DNA from: Circinaria calcarea
Taxonomy: Eukaryota
Length of the DNA stretch: 64,000 nt
NCBI GenBank assembly: GCA_051942165.1
Contig: JAVECS010000002.1
Location: 1-64,000 of the forward strand
Direction of reading: 5' to 3'
Below, one piece after another: positions 36,817 through 49,724 of the stretch (position 1 is the stretch's first letter; each line of letters opens with the position of its first letter). The translations under genes were made by a program, and so were the position numbers. The notes beneath the pieces are model-generated. The model did no database searches, was not told the origin of the DNA, and saw only the letters and a list, made by a program, of their open reading frames with translations.

Positions 36817-39800
36817 ATGGCGTCGGTGGTCCCGCCGCCAAACGACAAGAAGAGGGTAAAAGTCTATGAGCTTAGGAACAATGACTGGTTCGACAGAGGG
36901 ACGGGGTTCTGTACAGGACATGTTGTCAATGTAAGAAATGTGTTCCCTGACATTTGGTAGAAATGGCTTCTGGCATTGTGGGCCCAGTAGTGCCCGGCTT
37001 TGAGGGGACGCGCGAACTTGACCAAGACTGGACTGACACATATAATCGTAGGACGAATCCAGAGTGTTGGTGGAATCGGAGGAACAGCCTGATCGGATAC
37101 TCCTAGAAACGAAAATCTCCAAGGATGATGGGTATAATAAACAGCAGGGTGAGCACCCGAAAGTGGTGTGGAGAATGGGCGAGCTGATGATGCTAGATAC
37201 ACTCATTGTATGGACTGAATCAAATGGGACGGACATGGCGTTGAGTTTCCAAGAAGCTGATGGATGCTCGGCCATCTGGTAAGCGTGATGCGTTTCACAC
37301 CGGTTACTTTGCGCGGCCAATTTCCCTTACTAATTACATCGGTAGGGACTTTGTCAGTACTGTCCAGCAACATCTACTGGCTCTAGGCGGCCCAGGTATG
37401 TCTGCAACTGGCAAGGACTGCAAAATCACCCCTTACTTACTTCAAAAATCGCTAACTGGTATGTACGTCTCTCCATAGATGAAGCGCTTTCAGACGACGC
37501 CATGGAGAACTTTCAAAACCCTGTAATGCTCCCTCATCCAGATCTCGGAAATTTGGCCGAGGTCGACCAAATGATGCGCACTGCCAGCACCACACCCGCT
37601 GGTCGGGACTCGTTGGCTAAATTTGTAATCAGCGATGACTACTTGCGGAAACTGGTACCTTTGGTCGAGGTTGCGGAAGATCTGCAAGCACTTACAGAGC
37701 TTCATCGCTTAAGCAACATTATGAAAATGCTGATACTCTTAAACGACACTCAGATTATCGAGTATGTAGCAAGCGATGATATTGTACTTGGGGTGGTGGG
37801 GGCATTGGAATGTAGGTCATGAAGTTCACTCCCTGATACCTGGTTACTGACCGAGGTTCCTCTTCCATAGATGATCAAGACTTTCCAAACCACAAGGCTA
37901 ATCATCGACAATATTTAAAAGATCGATCTCGATTCAAAGAAGTAGTACCAATCAATGATCCTCATATCGAGAAGAAAATCCATTCCACCTGGCGATTACA
38001 ATACCTGAAAGATGTCGTACTGGCAAGAATTCTTGATGATCCGACCTTTGGCGTGCTTAATTCCTTAATCTTTTTCAACCAGGTCGACATTGTCACCCAT
38101 CTGCAAAAGGATACTAACTTCCTCAAGGAGTTATTTCGCATCATCGATTCGCCTAGCGAGGAACTTCGAAAGAGAAAGGATGCAGTTTGTTTCATTCAGC
38201 AGTGCTGTGCAATTGCGAAGAATCTCCAGGCGCCTGCCCGGGCAACCCTGTATAAGAACTTCATAGACAACGGCCTTCTCAACGTGATTACATTTGCCCT
38301 GTTGCACAAAGAAGCATCGATTCGGATTGCGGGCACAGATATACTGGTAGCCATGATAGACCATGATCCGTCAATGATGCGCTCCTATATATTCAGGGCC
38401 ATAAGTGAGAAAAAAACGCCACTCACAGACACTTTGATAGAGCTTCTACTAATCGAAGTTGATTTGGGCGTTAAGGCGCAAGTGTCGGATGCGATCAAGG
38501 TACTCTTGGATCCTCAAAGCAATCCGCAGGGCCAAGACCACATGAGTAGGGTGAATACGGACATCCTATCTAAGCTGCGTGGGAATACACACGGAAATCC
38601 TCAAACGGAATCCTTCATACAGAATTTCTACGATGATGCCGCGAAGAAGCTCTTCCAGCCGTTGAAGAATCTAGAAAAGAGGGAGTCATGTAAGACATCC
38701 AAAAGTGATATCCCGGTAACCACTGGCTAATCCGACTACCGACAGTGAACAACCTTACGTTCCAAGAAACCTCGCTCTTTTCGCATCTGGTTGAAATTCT
38801 CATGTTCTTCATCCGTCAACATCTCTTTCGAAGTAAATACTTTATTCTCACCGAGGGTCTTGCAGCCCGCATTGCACAGCTCCTCACTTGTCCTCAAAAA
38901 CACCTAAAACTTAGTAAGCGGGTTGCCACGTCCCCGGTATTTATCGTAATACTAATCTCTGCTCCAGCGGCGTTGAAATTCTTCCGGACCTGCATAGGTT
39001 TACAAGAGGAATTTTATAGTAACCAGATCATTCAGAATCGCCTCTTTGAACCGATCCTGAACATTGTCTATGACACGATGCCCCGAGACAATCTACTCAA
39101 TTCAGCTTGCTTGGAACTGTTCGAATTCATCAAACGAGAGAATATAAAGCCTATCATCGTGCATGTGGTGGAGACTTACAGGGAAAAGTTACAGGAGATA
39201 AACTACGTCGACACCTTCCAGAATCTCATTTTGCGCTACGATCAAATGCAAGGGTACAATGCTGAGATGGACAGTACTTTGTTCGGTCAAGAAGATGACA
39301 TGGCACCTCTAAGGACGAAAGTGAACGGCAATCACAGGTGGCAGGGGGTCAAAGAGATGGATCCCACAGAGGAGGAGTACTTCAATACATCCGATGATGA
39401 GGACGAGCTTTCCGCAAAGCCGAGAGTCAATCCTTCCTCGACAAATGGGTCTTCCGCATTCAAGCCGCTGGTTGATTATCCAGACGATGATGAGGAGGCC
39501 ACAGACATGAAAGCCCGGCCACCGAACCTGAAAACCTTAAACGTGACTCGTAAAGACACTTATCCAAGTCCTAGCCCAGAGACGATTTCACCTCGAACGA
39601 TCACTCCAATTCCACAGTCGCCACCCGAACGCTTGTCCGAAAAGCGGAGGAGAGAGGAAGACGAGGAAGACGAATTAGGTAAACTGTCCTTTGCGAAGCG
39701 AAGAAGCTCCTCTGTCTCCTCCGCCAGCAGTACCAACTGTAGTCCCGGGGGCTTCCTCCGACGGAAGAAAAGCTTCACTCAAAACAAAGACTCGCCTACT

Positions 39801-39878
39801 GGCAAAGGGAAAATTGCAATTTCGCTAGCTGTCAAAAGCCCCATAGAAGCGGATCATGGGAGGGACGAGGGAGGGTGA
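36817..39878 (+). CDS. psy2: Protein phosphatase 4 regulatory subunit 3 (Psy2/SMEK, EVH1 + DUF625), 8 exons
   Basis: [96 protein letters not shown]. Confidence 0.93.
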
Positions 39879-41712
39879 ATATTCGGGGAAAATCCTTGGG
39901 AAGGATGGTGTCTGAGCATGTGGCTGACAGCCACCATGGAGGTTGGCGTCTTTTGAGCTCTCATGGTGACAAGACGAGAGTGCTTGGATGTCGTGCATCC
40001 GCCCATAATCTGTACAGTATAGAAGAGACTCGCTTTCGTCAAGGGGGATTGGTGATGACGGTGGCTTTAGGAGGCGACGGGCAAGTAGGGCCTTTTAGAT
40101 ACCCGATGAGGCAATGAAAGATTAGTGGCAGTCTAACTTTTATCCTCCAATCATGCGTGCCCTCGGCTTTGGAGGTATTGCAGAAATCGCTGCCGGTCAA
40201 AGTGAGGGACAACAGAAGTCGCAAATGAGTGTTGCTCCGTAGAAAGCACCCAAACCTTGCTATAATAACAAGAAGGACAAGCTCTCCTCCATTAATCAGA
40301 CTGTCGGACGCTGAGTGTAGAATCGATGTAAACTATAGCACTCATGCTTCTCGCTGTAGACTTGCACCGGATGCCTCGGCGCTGAAGCTACGCTTCTAGT
40401 GAATCATACGAGCCCAAGATCGACTATCCCGCTCTCCAATCCCTAAGATCATAAACGGCGCGTAGGTTTACCTTTAAGTTACGTAAGGCAAGTCGTTTTT
40501 GCACGGCTACTGGTACTGTTTCGAGTGAGGGATTTACTATGTAGCATTTTACGGAGGGTGGGAGGCTAATAAGGCGAGGTAATTAGAACCGAGCCATGTG
40601 TGAGCTCCTCCGTAGCTCCCCTTCCGGGGGTCCCGATTTAGTAAACCACGTTCCCAAGTTGGGGGTATCAAACCGATATTAACGATATGCTCATGCGGAC
40701 TAACCTCCGCAGTCGGGGCATCCCGTAAACCGTACATAGTGTTTTCCTAGTTTCCCTACCAAGTCCCGGTATGAGGGATTGCCATGGTAATAGACTGTAG
40801 ATTGGAAAGGGCGGATGGCTTCTTCATTACCGCCCTCGCGGTCTGACAAAGGAGGAGCGTCTCAGGTTCGCGCTGACCGAAAAGTCAGGCACAACCCACG
40901 TTTTCTTTGTCCCCGATGCGGTACAAAGGGAGTCGGTTGTTTCTCTTGCAGCAGACAGCAGCTATGTGTGCTGTTAGGTGCAGTGCGAAAAGCCATCCCA
41001 ACCAAGTACTTTGAGATTCTGTAGAATACCCATCTCTGTGTATGTATGACAAGAAGGCACAGGAGGGTAAAAAGTGTCCCCCTTCCATTTTCCTCCGGCC
41101 GGGACTCGGGGGATTTACTGCTTCCTTAGCGCCCGAGGCTGAACTGGCTGGATGTTGTAACGTGAGTGACCTTTTGAGGTAAGTTTTGGATGCCCCATAC
41201 AGTGCCAAGACTCATCATTCTTTGAACCTTCGGTCGAGTTCGCCTCTCTCACCTCAGCACCTCTTCCTTACCATTCTCCTCGAGCAATCCGTCCTTCATC
41301 CACAATCAAAGTGCGACGAAGCCTGTGTCACTCGGCAGTTCATTCACCTCAAGGTCGTCCGGGAAGCGCCTTGCAACAGACCCGCGGGCCCAGGGGGGAC
41401 GTGTTCTAGCCGAACAGGTTCTTACTACCCGTTGCAAAGCACCTTAGAAACCAGAGGAGAAATACCCCCGGAACACGGCCTTGGTATAACAAACCCCAAA
41501 GTATTGCTACCCCTCGGTCTTCTGGCTTTGGAGACACGACACATGACTCGAAAACTAGAAGTCCCATCCTGACCACCATCGCTTCTCCAGGTTCCCTAGA
41601 CGTTGCACTTCACCAGTAAGCTTCGTTTATCCTTTTCAAGTATACGAAAGTGGCCGGCCAGGAGTGGTCACCGCTTTCAAGGTCGGAAATCCATGGGAAT
41701 ACTGTACCGGCA

Positions 41713-44700
41713 ATGGCAGATGGAGGCTATTCGTCGATGACAAGAGGTGAGACTGTCAAGATTTCGAAACAGAACTTCGAGAATTACGCCTTGCAGATGC
41801 CCGCTCCTTCCCGCCCGACCCTTGCCAGCCAGCAATCGAGTTCTCTCCCATCTACCCCGTATCAGCATGCACGGAAGCTCTCAGACGAGGCTCGGGCCCC
41901 ATCTCCCATCAAAGGCATTGAAATCTCTCCGCTTTCTCGATCTGCACACTCCGAGTCTGACAGCACACCGCGCCCGACCGGAAGGGGAACCTACCTGACA
42001 GGGTGCAAATATGAGACGGCTACTACTTTAGGACGTCGCCGGATACAGTATTCGGTGGGAGGAGAGAAACTGGAGAGAGCAAGCACGATGCCGAAGAAGT
42101 ATCTGGACCCTCAAGAAGAAGGAAAGCTAAGTGGCGACATGAGGGAACTCTACGACCGGATATTGCCATCAAGGGAAAGCGAGGAAAGAAGGGCAAAATT
42201 TGTTAAAAAACTGGACTCCATACTGAACAATCAGTGGCCTGGGAACAAAATCAAAGTTCACGTTTTCGGCTCTTCTGGGAACATGCTATGTACAAGTGAC
42301 TCGGACGGTCAGTTTTGCTCTATCATTCTGGATGAAACTCCTCAACTGACGATTGAAGTGGATATATGTATAACTACCCCCTTGAAAGCACTCGAGAGGG
42401 TCTGCCTACTAGCCAAGGCTTTGGCTGAACGTACGTAGATTCCTTAACTATCACAACCTGGACTAGGCTGATTCTAGAGAAGATGGCATGGAACGTGTCG
42501 TGTGTGTGCCTCAGGCCAAAGTGCCAATAGTAAAGCTATGGGATCCTGAGCTATTGCTTGCCTGCGACTTGAATGTTAACAATACCTTGGCATTGGAGAA
42601 TACACGGATGATCAAGGCCTATGTGGAGATTGACGAGCGTGTGCGACCATTGGCTATGATCATAAAGCACTGGACTCGGAAAAGGATCATCAACGACGCT
42701 GGTATGTGTTTACTGGTCCGCTAAGCTGGATCTAGAGCTAAAAGGGGACATAGCCTTTGGAGGCACTCTTAGTTCCTATACTTGGATTTGCATGATTATC
42801 AACTTTCTGCAGACCCGGAACCCACCAGTGCTCCCCAGTCTCCACAAGCGACCTCACCAGCGTCGAGTCGATTCGGAGGGTAAGCTTTCCGCCTTTGCGG
42901 ACGACCTCGACACACTTCGAGGCTTTGGTAAAAGTAATCTTGAGACTATTGGAGAGCTTCTTTTCCATTTTTTCCGGCGCTATGCACACGAGATTGACTA
43001 CGATAGGAGCGTGATCTCGATTCGCGAGGGTCAACTCATATCCAAGCAAGCTAAGAGATGGCATCTGATGCAAAACAACCGCCTCTGTGTCGAGGAACCA
43101 TTCAATACTGACCGAAATCTGGGAAACACGGTAGATGATATCTCCTTCCGAGGGGTGCATCTGGAGCTTAGGCGGGCATTTGATCTCGTGTCGGAGTTGA
43201 AACTCGAGGAGGCCTGCGAGCAATATGTGTTCCCACCTACAGCACAGACGATTTGGGCGAAGCCTCCGCCCCAACCTAGACCTGTGCTCTCTCGCAGTCT
43301 CTCGCAGTCTCGGGCCGGAAGAGGCGGCAGTGCTGGCGCTAATAGTAACGGTCGAGGGAGTCGACAGCAACAAAATCAGCACCGAACTGGGCCATCAAAC
43401 CGACGAGCCTCAAGTGCAGCAGCGTTGAATAAACTCGGTGTTCAAGGTGCTTCTAATGCTCCCCATAATGGCATACGAATACATGACCAGTTATATCACC
43501 AGTATCAGGCATTGCACGCTCGTGAAGTGCAGCTACGCGCACACCTTCATCAACGCGCTCAGGCCCAGTTGCATGCTGAAGCTACAGCACAAGTTCAGCC
43601 TGTCAATGCTTTAGGGTCTTCATACGCGCATCTCGGTAATACGGATGGTCTCCGACGGCATACCACCAACGAACAGGCACCAATGTCGGCGCCGATGAGG
43701 AACATGGCATTTTTCTATCCTCCACCTTACACTGGTCAGCCACTGAACGTAATGAACGTTCCGTCGCAGCAAAATGTGCGGACGAATCCATCATCTCCGT
43801 CTATGACGCCTGTCAAGCCTGCGCAGGCGGAGCTTAGACGTGGGGTACATCGATCTCCGGCGTTAAATAACCCCGTTACATCTCTCCGCTCCCATTCTCA
43901 ACCTGCCTCCAACATGCGCTCTAGTCCGCAGCCTATGCGTGATGTACGCCAATTCCTCCCTATGGTAGTGGGGCCAATGTTTCAAGGAGCGTCGTTAAGC
44001 TCGATGCAAAGGCCTATAGACATGCAGCAGCAAAACGCCCAAGCCCAGCAAGTTGCACACCAGATGAACGTTCAAGCACAAATAGAAAAGCACCAACTAA
44101 ACAACCAGGCACAGAGAAGTCCACGCTACGCGTCGCCAGCGATGGACTTGCCACCTGTTGATACCGTGCCCAAGTACATTGGCTACTACGTGCACGATAC
44201 ACCGCCATATCAGCGAAACACACCTATCGCCCCAATACCATCATATAACGACCTGATACAAAGGCAAAGGAGTATGACCGCGGATGTCACTAGGCTAAGG
44301 AAAACCTCGCGATCACCGTCGCCATCCAGTTCTCTCTCTGGAGAAGGATCTTCAGCCTTTCACTCTGCAGCTTCTTGCCTTTCAACTACAAGTACTTTAA
44401 GAAGCTCATCTGTAAATGGGACTCCAAGCAAGCCACGTCGTTCGGGACCTATTATTGCATCGAGCGACGCTGCTCTTCCTGTGATTGTGAACGGATCAAG
44501 TGAAACTTCTCCTTCCGATTATAGAACGCTACTAGATTCTCAGTTTATCCCAGTTAGGGGAAGTGACGAGGCCTCGGTGTCGGATGAATCTATGAACATT
44601 CCCGTAACAGGTTCGATCACGCCGTTCCATGAGCTTCACGATTCTTTTTTGCTTGATTCTCCCGCACAATCGAATCTTGCAATTCAGCAATCCACCATGC

Positions 44701-45359
44701 TACAGTTTGGTGAGTTTCCTGCACGGAGTACCGTCAGAGCAAGGATTGCTTCGAAACCAGAAGAGCTACCTTGTATCGATGTACCAACTCTACAAGCCAG
44801 TTCCGTGTGTCCAGTAACTACTAAGAGCCAGATAAATGGTAGAGGTGCAGGCCACGACGACTCATTATCAGGAACTACTGTAGTAGACACTGGCGATAGT
44901 GCTACAAGAGTTGATTCAAGCCAGTCGATAGCAATCGCAAAGCTTAATCCTCCTGTGGGTCATCTCAACTTGAACCCTGATATGTCATTGAAACCTCTTC
45001 CCTTTCTATCTCCCGTTCGTGAAGTACGAACACCGTCGCCTGCTGCTTCACGAAGAGATGATGGAAAGCCAGATCTACCGATCAAAATAACACATGGTCA
45101 TTCGGTATCTGCATCTGGGCCATCACCTCTTTCATTAATCCTAAACGGGAAAGAGCAGCACATGGAGTCTCTGGCGCCTAGACCCAACGGACAGCCGGTA
45201 AGCGACAGTCCGAAGAGTCCACAGACCCAGAGCTCGGGTTGGCAGCAGACAGGCAAGAAGGGGAAGAAGACCAAAAGCAAGAGCAACGGTGCCATTAACG
45301 GGGAGATTCCAGCTGCATCTGGGGACGTTGTTGGCATGACGGAGAGAAAAGGCGGGTGA
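41713..45359 (+). CDS. Cid1/Cid13-family non-canonical poly(A)/poly(U) polymerase (nucleotidyltransferase + PAP-associated domain), 4 exons
   Basis: VFGSSGN..SDVDIC, AKVPIVKLWD..ACDLNVNN..ALENTRMI, IKHW, GGTLSSY, LCVEEPFNTDRNLG; long Q/S/P-rich tail; start codon uncertain. Confidence 0.88.
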
Positions 45360-46613
45360 AGGGGCGGGGGCGTTTTTGGTTTTCCTATATGATGCACTAC
45401 AACTGCCCAAAGGTCCTAGATGATCTGGGTTAGCGGCCGGGGCGCCAGGGGCTATGGGTTGGGATTTCCTCGTTGTCGTGTCGGCTTTTGGATTCGTCCG
45501 GACGGTGATTGTATAGCAGCATCTCCGGCACCAGCGAGGGAGGGCATTGTCGCAAAGTGAATGGCTTTGCCATTGTGCGTTTGGCATCTGAGCGGACAAA
45601 AGGAGGCCGATGGGCTGTACCATAGATGGAGTCGCGCTACGTCTAGGGATGAGAAATGAACTTTTCAGAAGCTGCAGCGGATGATGGATGGTGAGTGTGG
45701 CTGACTGTACGTATTGCACGAGGGAAGATTCCCAATCCGCCACAGAAGTGCCGCCAAAATGTCATATCACCTGTAGACGATAGTTTGGCAATGAATTTCT
45801 CCAGCTCAGCCACGTTTGATAGTCGTTCTCTCAAGAGCCCAAGCCAGCCACGGGATGTCGACATGCGATGACTAGTATCCGCCGGCGGAGCGTGACCGGA
45901 TGGCGCTTTACTTGTTCCTGTCTGTCGGCCCTCCGAATGGGGACGGCGGGCTCTCCCCGGCTTGATACGATGTAGCTTAGTCAGTCCGTTTTGGGCCGAC
46001 CGATCATTGGTTCCGCCGACGTTTGCCATTCGTCCGCACCAGGATAGTGCGCATTGTTTTGTCAACACCTTCATCGTGCATATCACTACGGCCGATCGCG
46101 ATTCGCGACTATGCAGCCTTAGCGTAATCCCCACGCGCTCGATGAAGAAGTCAATATCTTATCAGGCCAAGTCGTAGAATGGATGGGGCCCATAGGGTTG
46201 GTCATAGGATTCCCCCATGGGTGTCCTTTACTCCCGGTGATGGGCGACCTTCTCCTTCCGATATCCTCTTTTCCTCTTCGACATATCTCTCTTATCCTTT
46301 GCTGCCGTCGTTCTCCTGCATCTGGCTCTTTGTCCATCATTCTCCACTGTGTCCTCGAGGCACGTCCAGTCGTTATATAGTTCGAGCGGCGGCATTTTTT
46401 CATCTTCCATATTCCACAGTAACTTCCTGCCGAATATCCATTTCTTTTGCGTAACGTCTTGCTGTCGCTGAACAGTCCATCTTCTGTACATTCCAGAATA
46501 TTGTCGTTTTAGACCTACGCCTGAATATTGGTGCTGAAAGCCGAAGACCGGGAATTACGAACGCTGGTGAAGAGCATAGGCTGGACAACCACTCATCTCG
46601 TCGTCTAAACATC

Positions 46614-48092
46614 ATGAGCTGGTTTGGGTCACTCCCGCTGGCTTATAGATATGTGTAATGTCCTCCACCTGCTTGCCTTTGCAGCAGTATATTAACAACG
46701 CGCCTCCTAGCTTTATGCTCGCTATGTCAATCTTCCTAACCATGTTGGGAGGTGCTGCCAGAGTTTTCTATAACCGACGAAGGTTAATCTTTTCCTGCAC
46801 GTTCAAAGAAGGTTTGCTGATTCAGGCCTGACAGGCTTCGCAGACATGGGCGAGCTACAAATCTCAGGGAGACGCGGATAGAAATGGTCGAACAGGCTCA
46901 TAGGAGATATCGCACAATTCAAGGAGATATATTCGGCGTTGAAGCCGCCGATCCTAGCCCTTATCAAGGACCAATGCAATCGAGATTTGGATCCGTTGCC
47001 AAAGGGCAATCACTCTCTGTACTGTCGTCTACGAAGTCAAGCATTAACCCGACGGCTCCAAAACCTGCGTACCTATCATTATCAAAAAAGACTGCCACGT
47101 CTTCCGCGATAGCAAGACTATCGTCCCCTCTGGAACTCAACCCTATTACAGCAGACGACTTCCCCTGGTTTCAGGCTCCAAGAAAGGCCCCGAAGCCGAA
47201 TGGAGCGAGAATAGGAGATACAGATGTAAGAAGTACAGCGATTCCTGCCTCCCCGACCTTCTCAGATACCAGCATTACCGGAACAGTGACCTCACCATCA
47301 TCTCCAAGGTCTCCCAAAGAAGTGTGCTCCCGCTTTTCGTTTGACTCCCCTCCTACCCTCCACCTATCTCGGGACTTCCGAGCTTCATTCCGATCTTGGT
47401 CTAAGTCGACCCGTAAAATTGGCCATAGCACTTCATCCTCAACCGCTACCATTACAAGATCACTATCCAGTGACTCGAGACCTCCCTCGCAATTTGTCTC
47501 GGCAATAAATAATGCGGAGCCTTCTCCTCGGCCACTGCGAATTTACCGCGGCGAGCGTCCCTTCTTCGGTTCTTCGATATACGACCGATCGGTAAGTAGG
47601 TTTCCTGTGAAGGCCACCTGGACGACCACTTCATCAAATGCCGACGCCGACGGAGTCCGTTCCAGCCACCACACGTCCGCCACCAGTTCCATCTACAGCA
47701 CCAATTCCGACCTCGCAACTCAACTGCAATCACCCGACTCGAGCTTCTTCGAGCAACCGCCCACCCCGTCCATACCAATCTCTACCCTAATCTTCCCAGT
47801 AGATGAACCTAGCTACTACCCTGTGATGTCCGAGGCCAAGCATAACACTGACGCCCACATCGACCCTTCACCTACCAACACTCCCACTGGCTTGGCTCCC
47901 CTGATCGCTAGCAGTACTCGCCAAACCTCCGAACTTGGAGAGCTGTATGATTCGTACTGGCAGCACGTTCTCCTTGGTCCATCGGATGAGGAAAGATCGA
48001 AGCGTAAGGCGGGCGATTGGGGAGGGTTCGAACCGGTAGTCGTGGTAGGTGAGGTGGAGCATGACAGCCGTGCATCGGGACTGGCCTTCTGA
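46614..48092 (+). CDS. Single N-terminal transmembrane helix protein with Ser/Pro-rich disordered tail, 3 exons
   Basis: Spliced MSWFGSLPLAYRYVFMLAMSIFLTMLGGAARVFYNRRRLRRHG (introns ~46655-46710 and ~46783-46834) joins ORF 46884-48092 in frame; TM followed by basic cluster. Confidence 0.7.
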
Positions 48093-48699
48093 TTCGAGGT
48101 AAGGAAGGTTGGAAGGAGTTGAGTGGTCAAGTGTGCTTGTAAGCGGGGGAACTTGGAAGGGAACGGGTTGGGCTCATGAGCGTCACTAATCTGGGACTGC
48201 GGAAGCTGGAGTCTTTTCTTGCGTATTCCCATCTGAATGCGAGGATAGGATTTGGATGAGGGATTTGAGTTATAATGGGTGATGTATATACGTATTTTGA
48301 CCACGAGAAGATATCTGAAAACTGCATACGACGTCAGTCGCACTACAGCTGTTGGGGTGCGTATATGCTGGGGTTCTATACTCGATCTGATTTTCTTTTC
48401 CTCTTGCCTGCATTTTCATGATCTTTGTCCCCACCCTTTCCTCTTCCTCCCCCGTAATGAATCACCAGGTTTCTCGACTTCCATCCTCCCCCTCAGAGTG
48501 AGGAAATCCATGATTGGTTCCAAGCATGTAAATCTTTCAACTGGGCCGAGAATTACGGGCGTGTTCCATCTCAGTGCGCCGAGGCCTTTTCCCAGCTCGA
48601 TCGGATAGCAGCGGCTTTTGGGCTTAAGAGCTACTCACTCCTCTCCAGATGTAATATCACCAATATAATTTTCCTTTCTCCCCAAATCGTCCTTTCAGA

Positions 48700-49170
48700 A
48701 TTGGAGAGAAAAAAAGAAGAGGGGGGGTGAGGGGCTTGTTTAAGGGAAAGGGACGATGCGGACGGAGAGGAGAGAAAGGGGGAAGGGAGACGAGAGGGTA
48801 GGGTAGGGAGATGGAGGTGAGGGTTTCCCTCTGACTTTTTTCCCTCGAGGAAGGGAAGAGGAGAGGAGAGGTGGGTGCTACTGGGAAAAAAACTGGGAGG
48901 AGCAAACGATAATGGGGGGGACTTGGGGATAAGAAAACACCTGGTTCGATTGGTTTTTATCGACGCGAATAGCTACGGGGGGTAAGTGTTTCTCGCCCGT
49001 GCGGGGCTAATACAAAAAAAAAAAAAGAAGCCCCTGGGGTTGGAGAGGCGGGGGGATGTTCAAAAAGGAAAGGCAGATTAGAAGCGTTGAGGTAAAGTAA
49101 GTAGTCGAGTTGGTGGGTTTCTGATGCTATTTCTCGGACGGAAAGGGAGAGGGAAGGAGGAGGGTTGGTT
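48700..49170 (+). repeat. Purine/G-run-rich low-complexity tract (G-quadruplex-capable)
   Basis: GGGGGGGTGAGGGG..GGGAAAGGG, GGGGGAAGGG..GGGTAGGGTAGGG, A13 run; strong strand asymmetry. Confidence 0.6.
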
Positions 49171-49483
49171 TCTAGGAGTGCGCCAAGCAAGGATTGTCTA
49201 TAGCTGCAGGCGTTTGCATGCTGAGAGAACTATCAACAGGGTCTTCGTGTGGTCCGCGTCTGAATATTAAGTTAATATAATATTGTTACTTGGTTCCGTA
49301 CGGTAACAAAGTTGGGAAGACAATTGTATCTGGTGGATGAGCCCTTTTGGGCTGACAATGAAACAGGTTGTAGAATGAGGGCATATCATATCTAGGTTCC
49401 AGGGTGGAGAAAGCGACTCTAGACTGTTGCAGATTTTAACGTAGAAAGAAGTACAGAAACGAATACACGAGACTAACACTTAG

Positions 49484-49724
49484 CTAGGGCAAGGAATATA
49501 GACAAGGTCACGGCTAGCCATTGTGGTAGGGTCAATTGAAAAGTTATAGTTAGCTATTGGGTTCTGATTAGGCGTCGGTTTAGGGTTAGCCCAGGGTCAG
49601 CGTCAATCAAGGGATAGATTTTCACCCAAAGGTAGGTCTACCTAGAGGTAGAGCACACGATTAGCATTAGGGTCAAGAGTTGGGCCAGGGTCAAGCTTTA
49701 GGTTAGGGATTAAGCCAGGTCAAG
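49484..49724 (+). repeat. Degenerate interstitial telomere-like repeat cluster (TTAGGG / AGGGTCAAG)
   Basis: CTAGGGCAAG 49484, TAGGGTCAA 49527, TTAGGGTTAG 49580, CCAGGGTCAG 49591, TTAGGGTCAAG 49667, CCAGGGTCAAG 49685, TTAGGTTAGGG 49698, CCAGGTCAAG 49715; all same orientation. Confidence 0.6.

Noticed and set aside
36493..37320. 275-aa minus-strand ORF and the many other antisense ORFs in the track
   Set aside because: Overlap well-supported genes or UTRs on the opposite strand and show no motifs
37396..37479. Internal GTATGT near the 3' end of a psy2 intron as a stwintron or recursive splice site
   Set aside because: Not preceded by AG and too close to the acceptor; one-step splicing restores the frame
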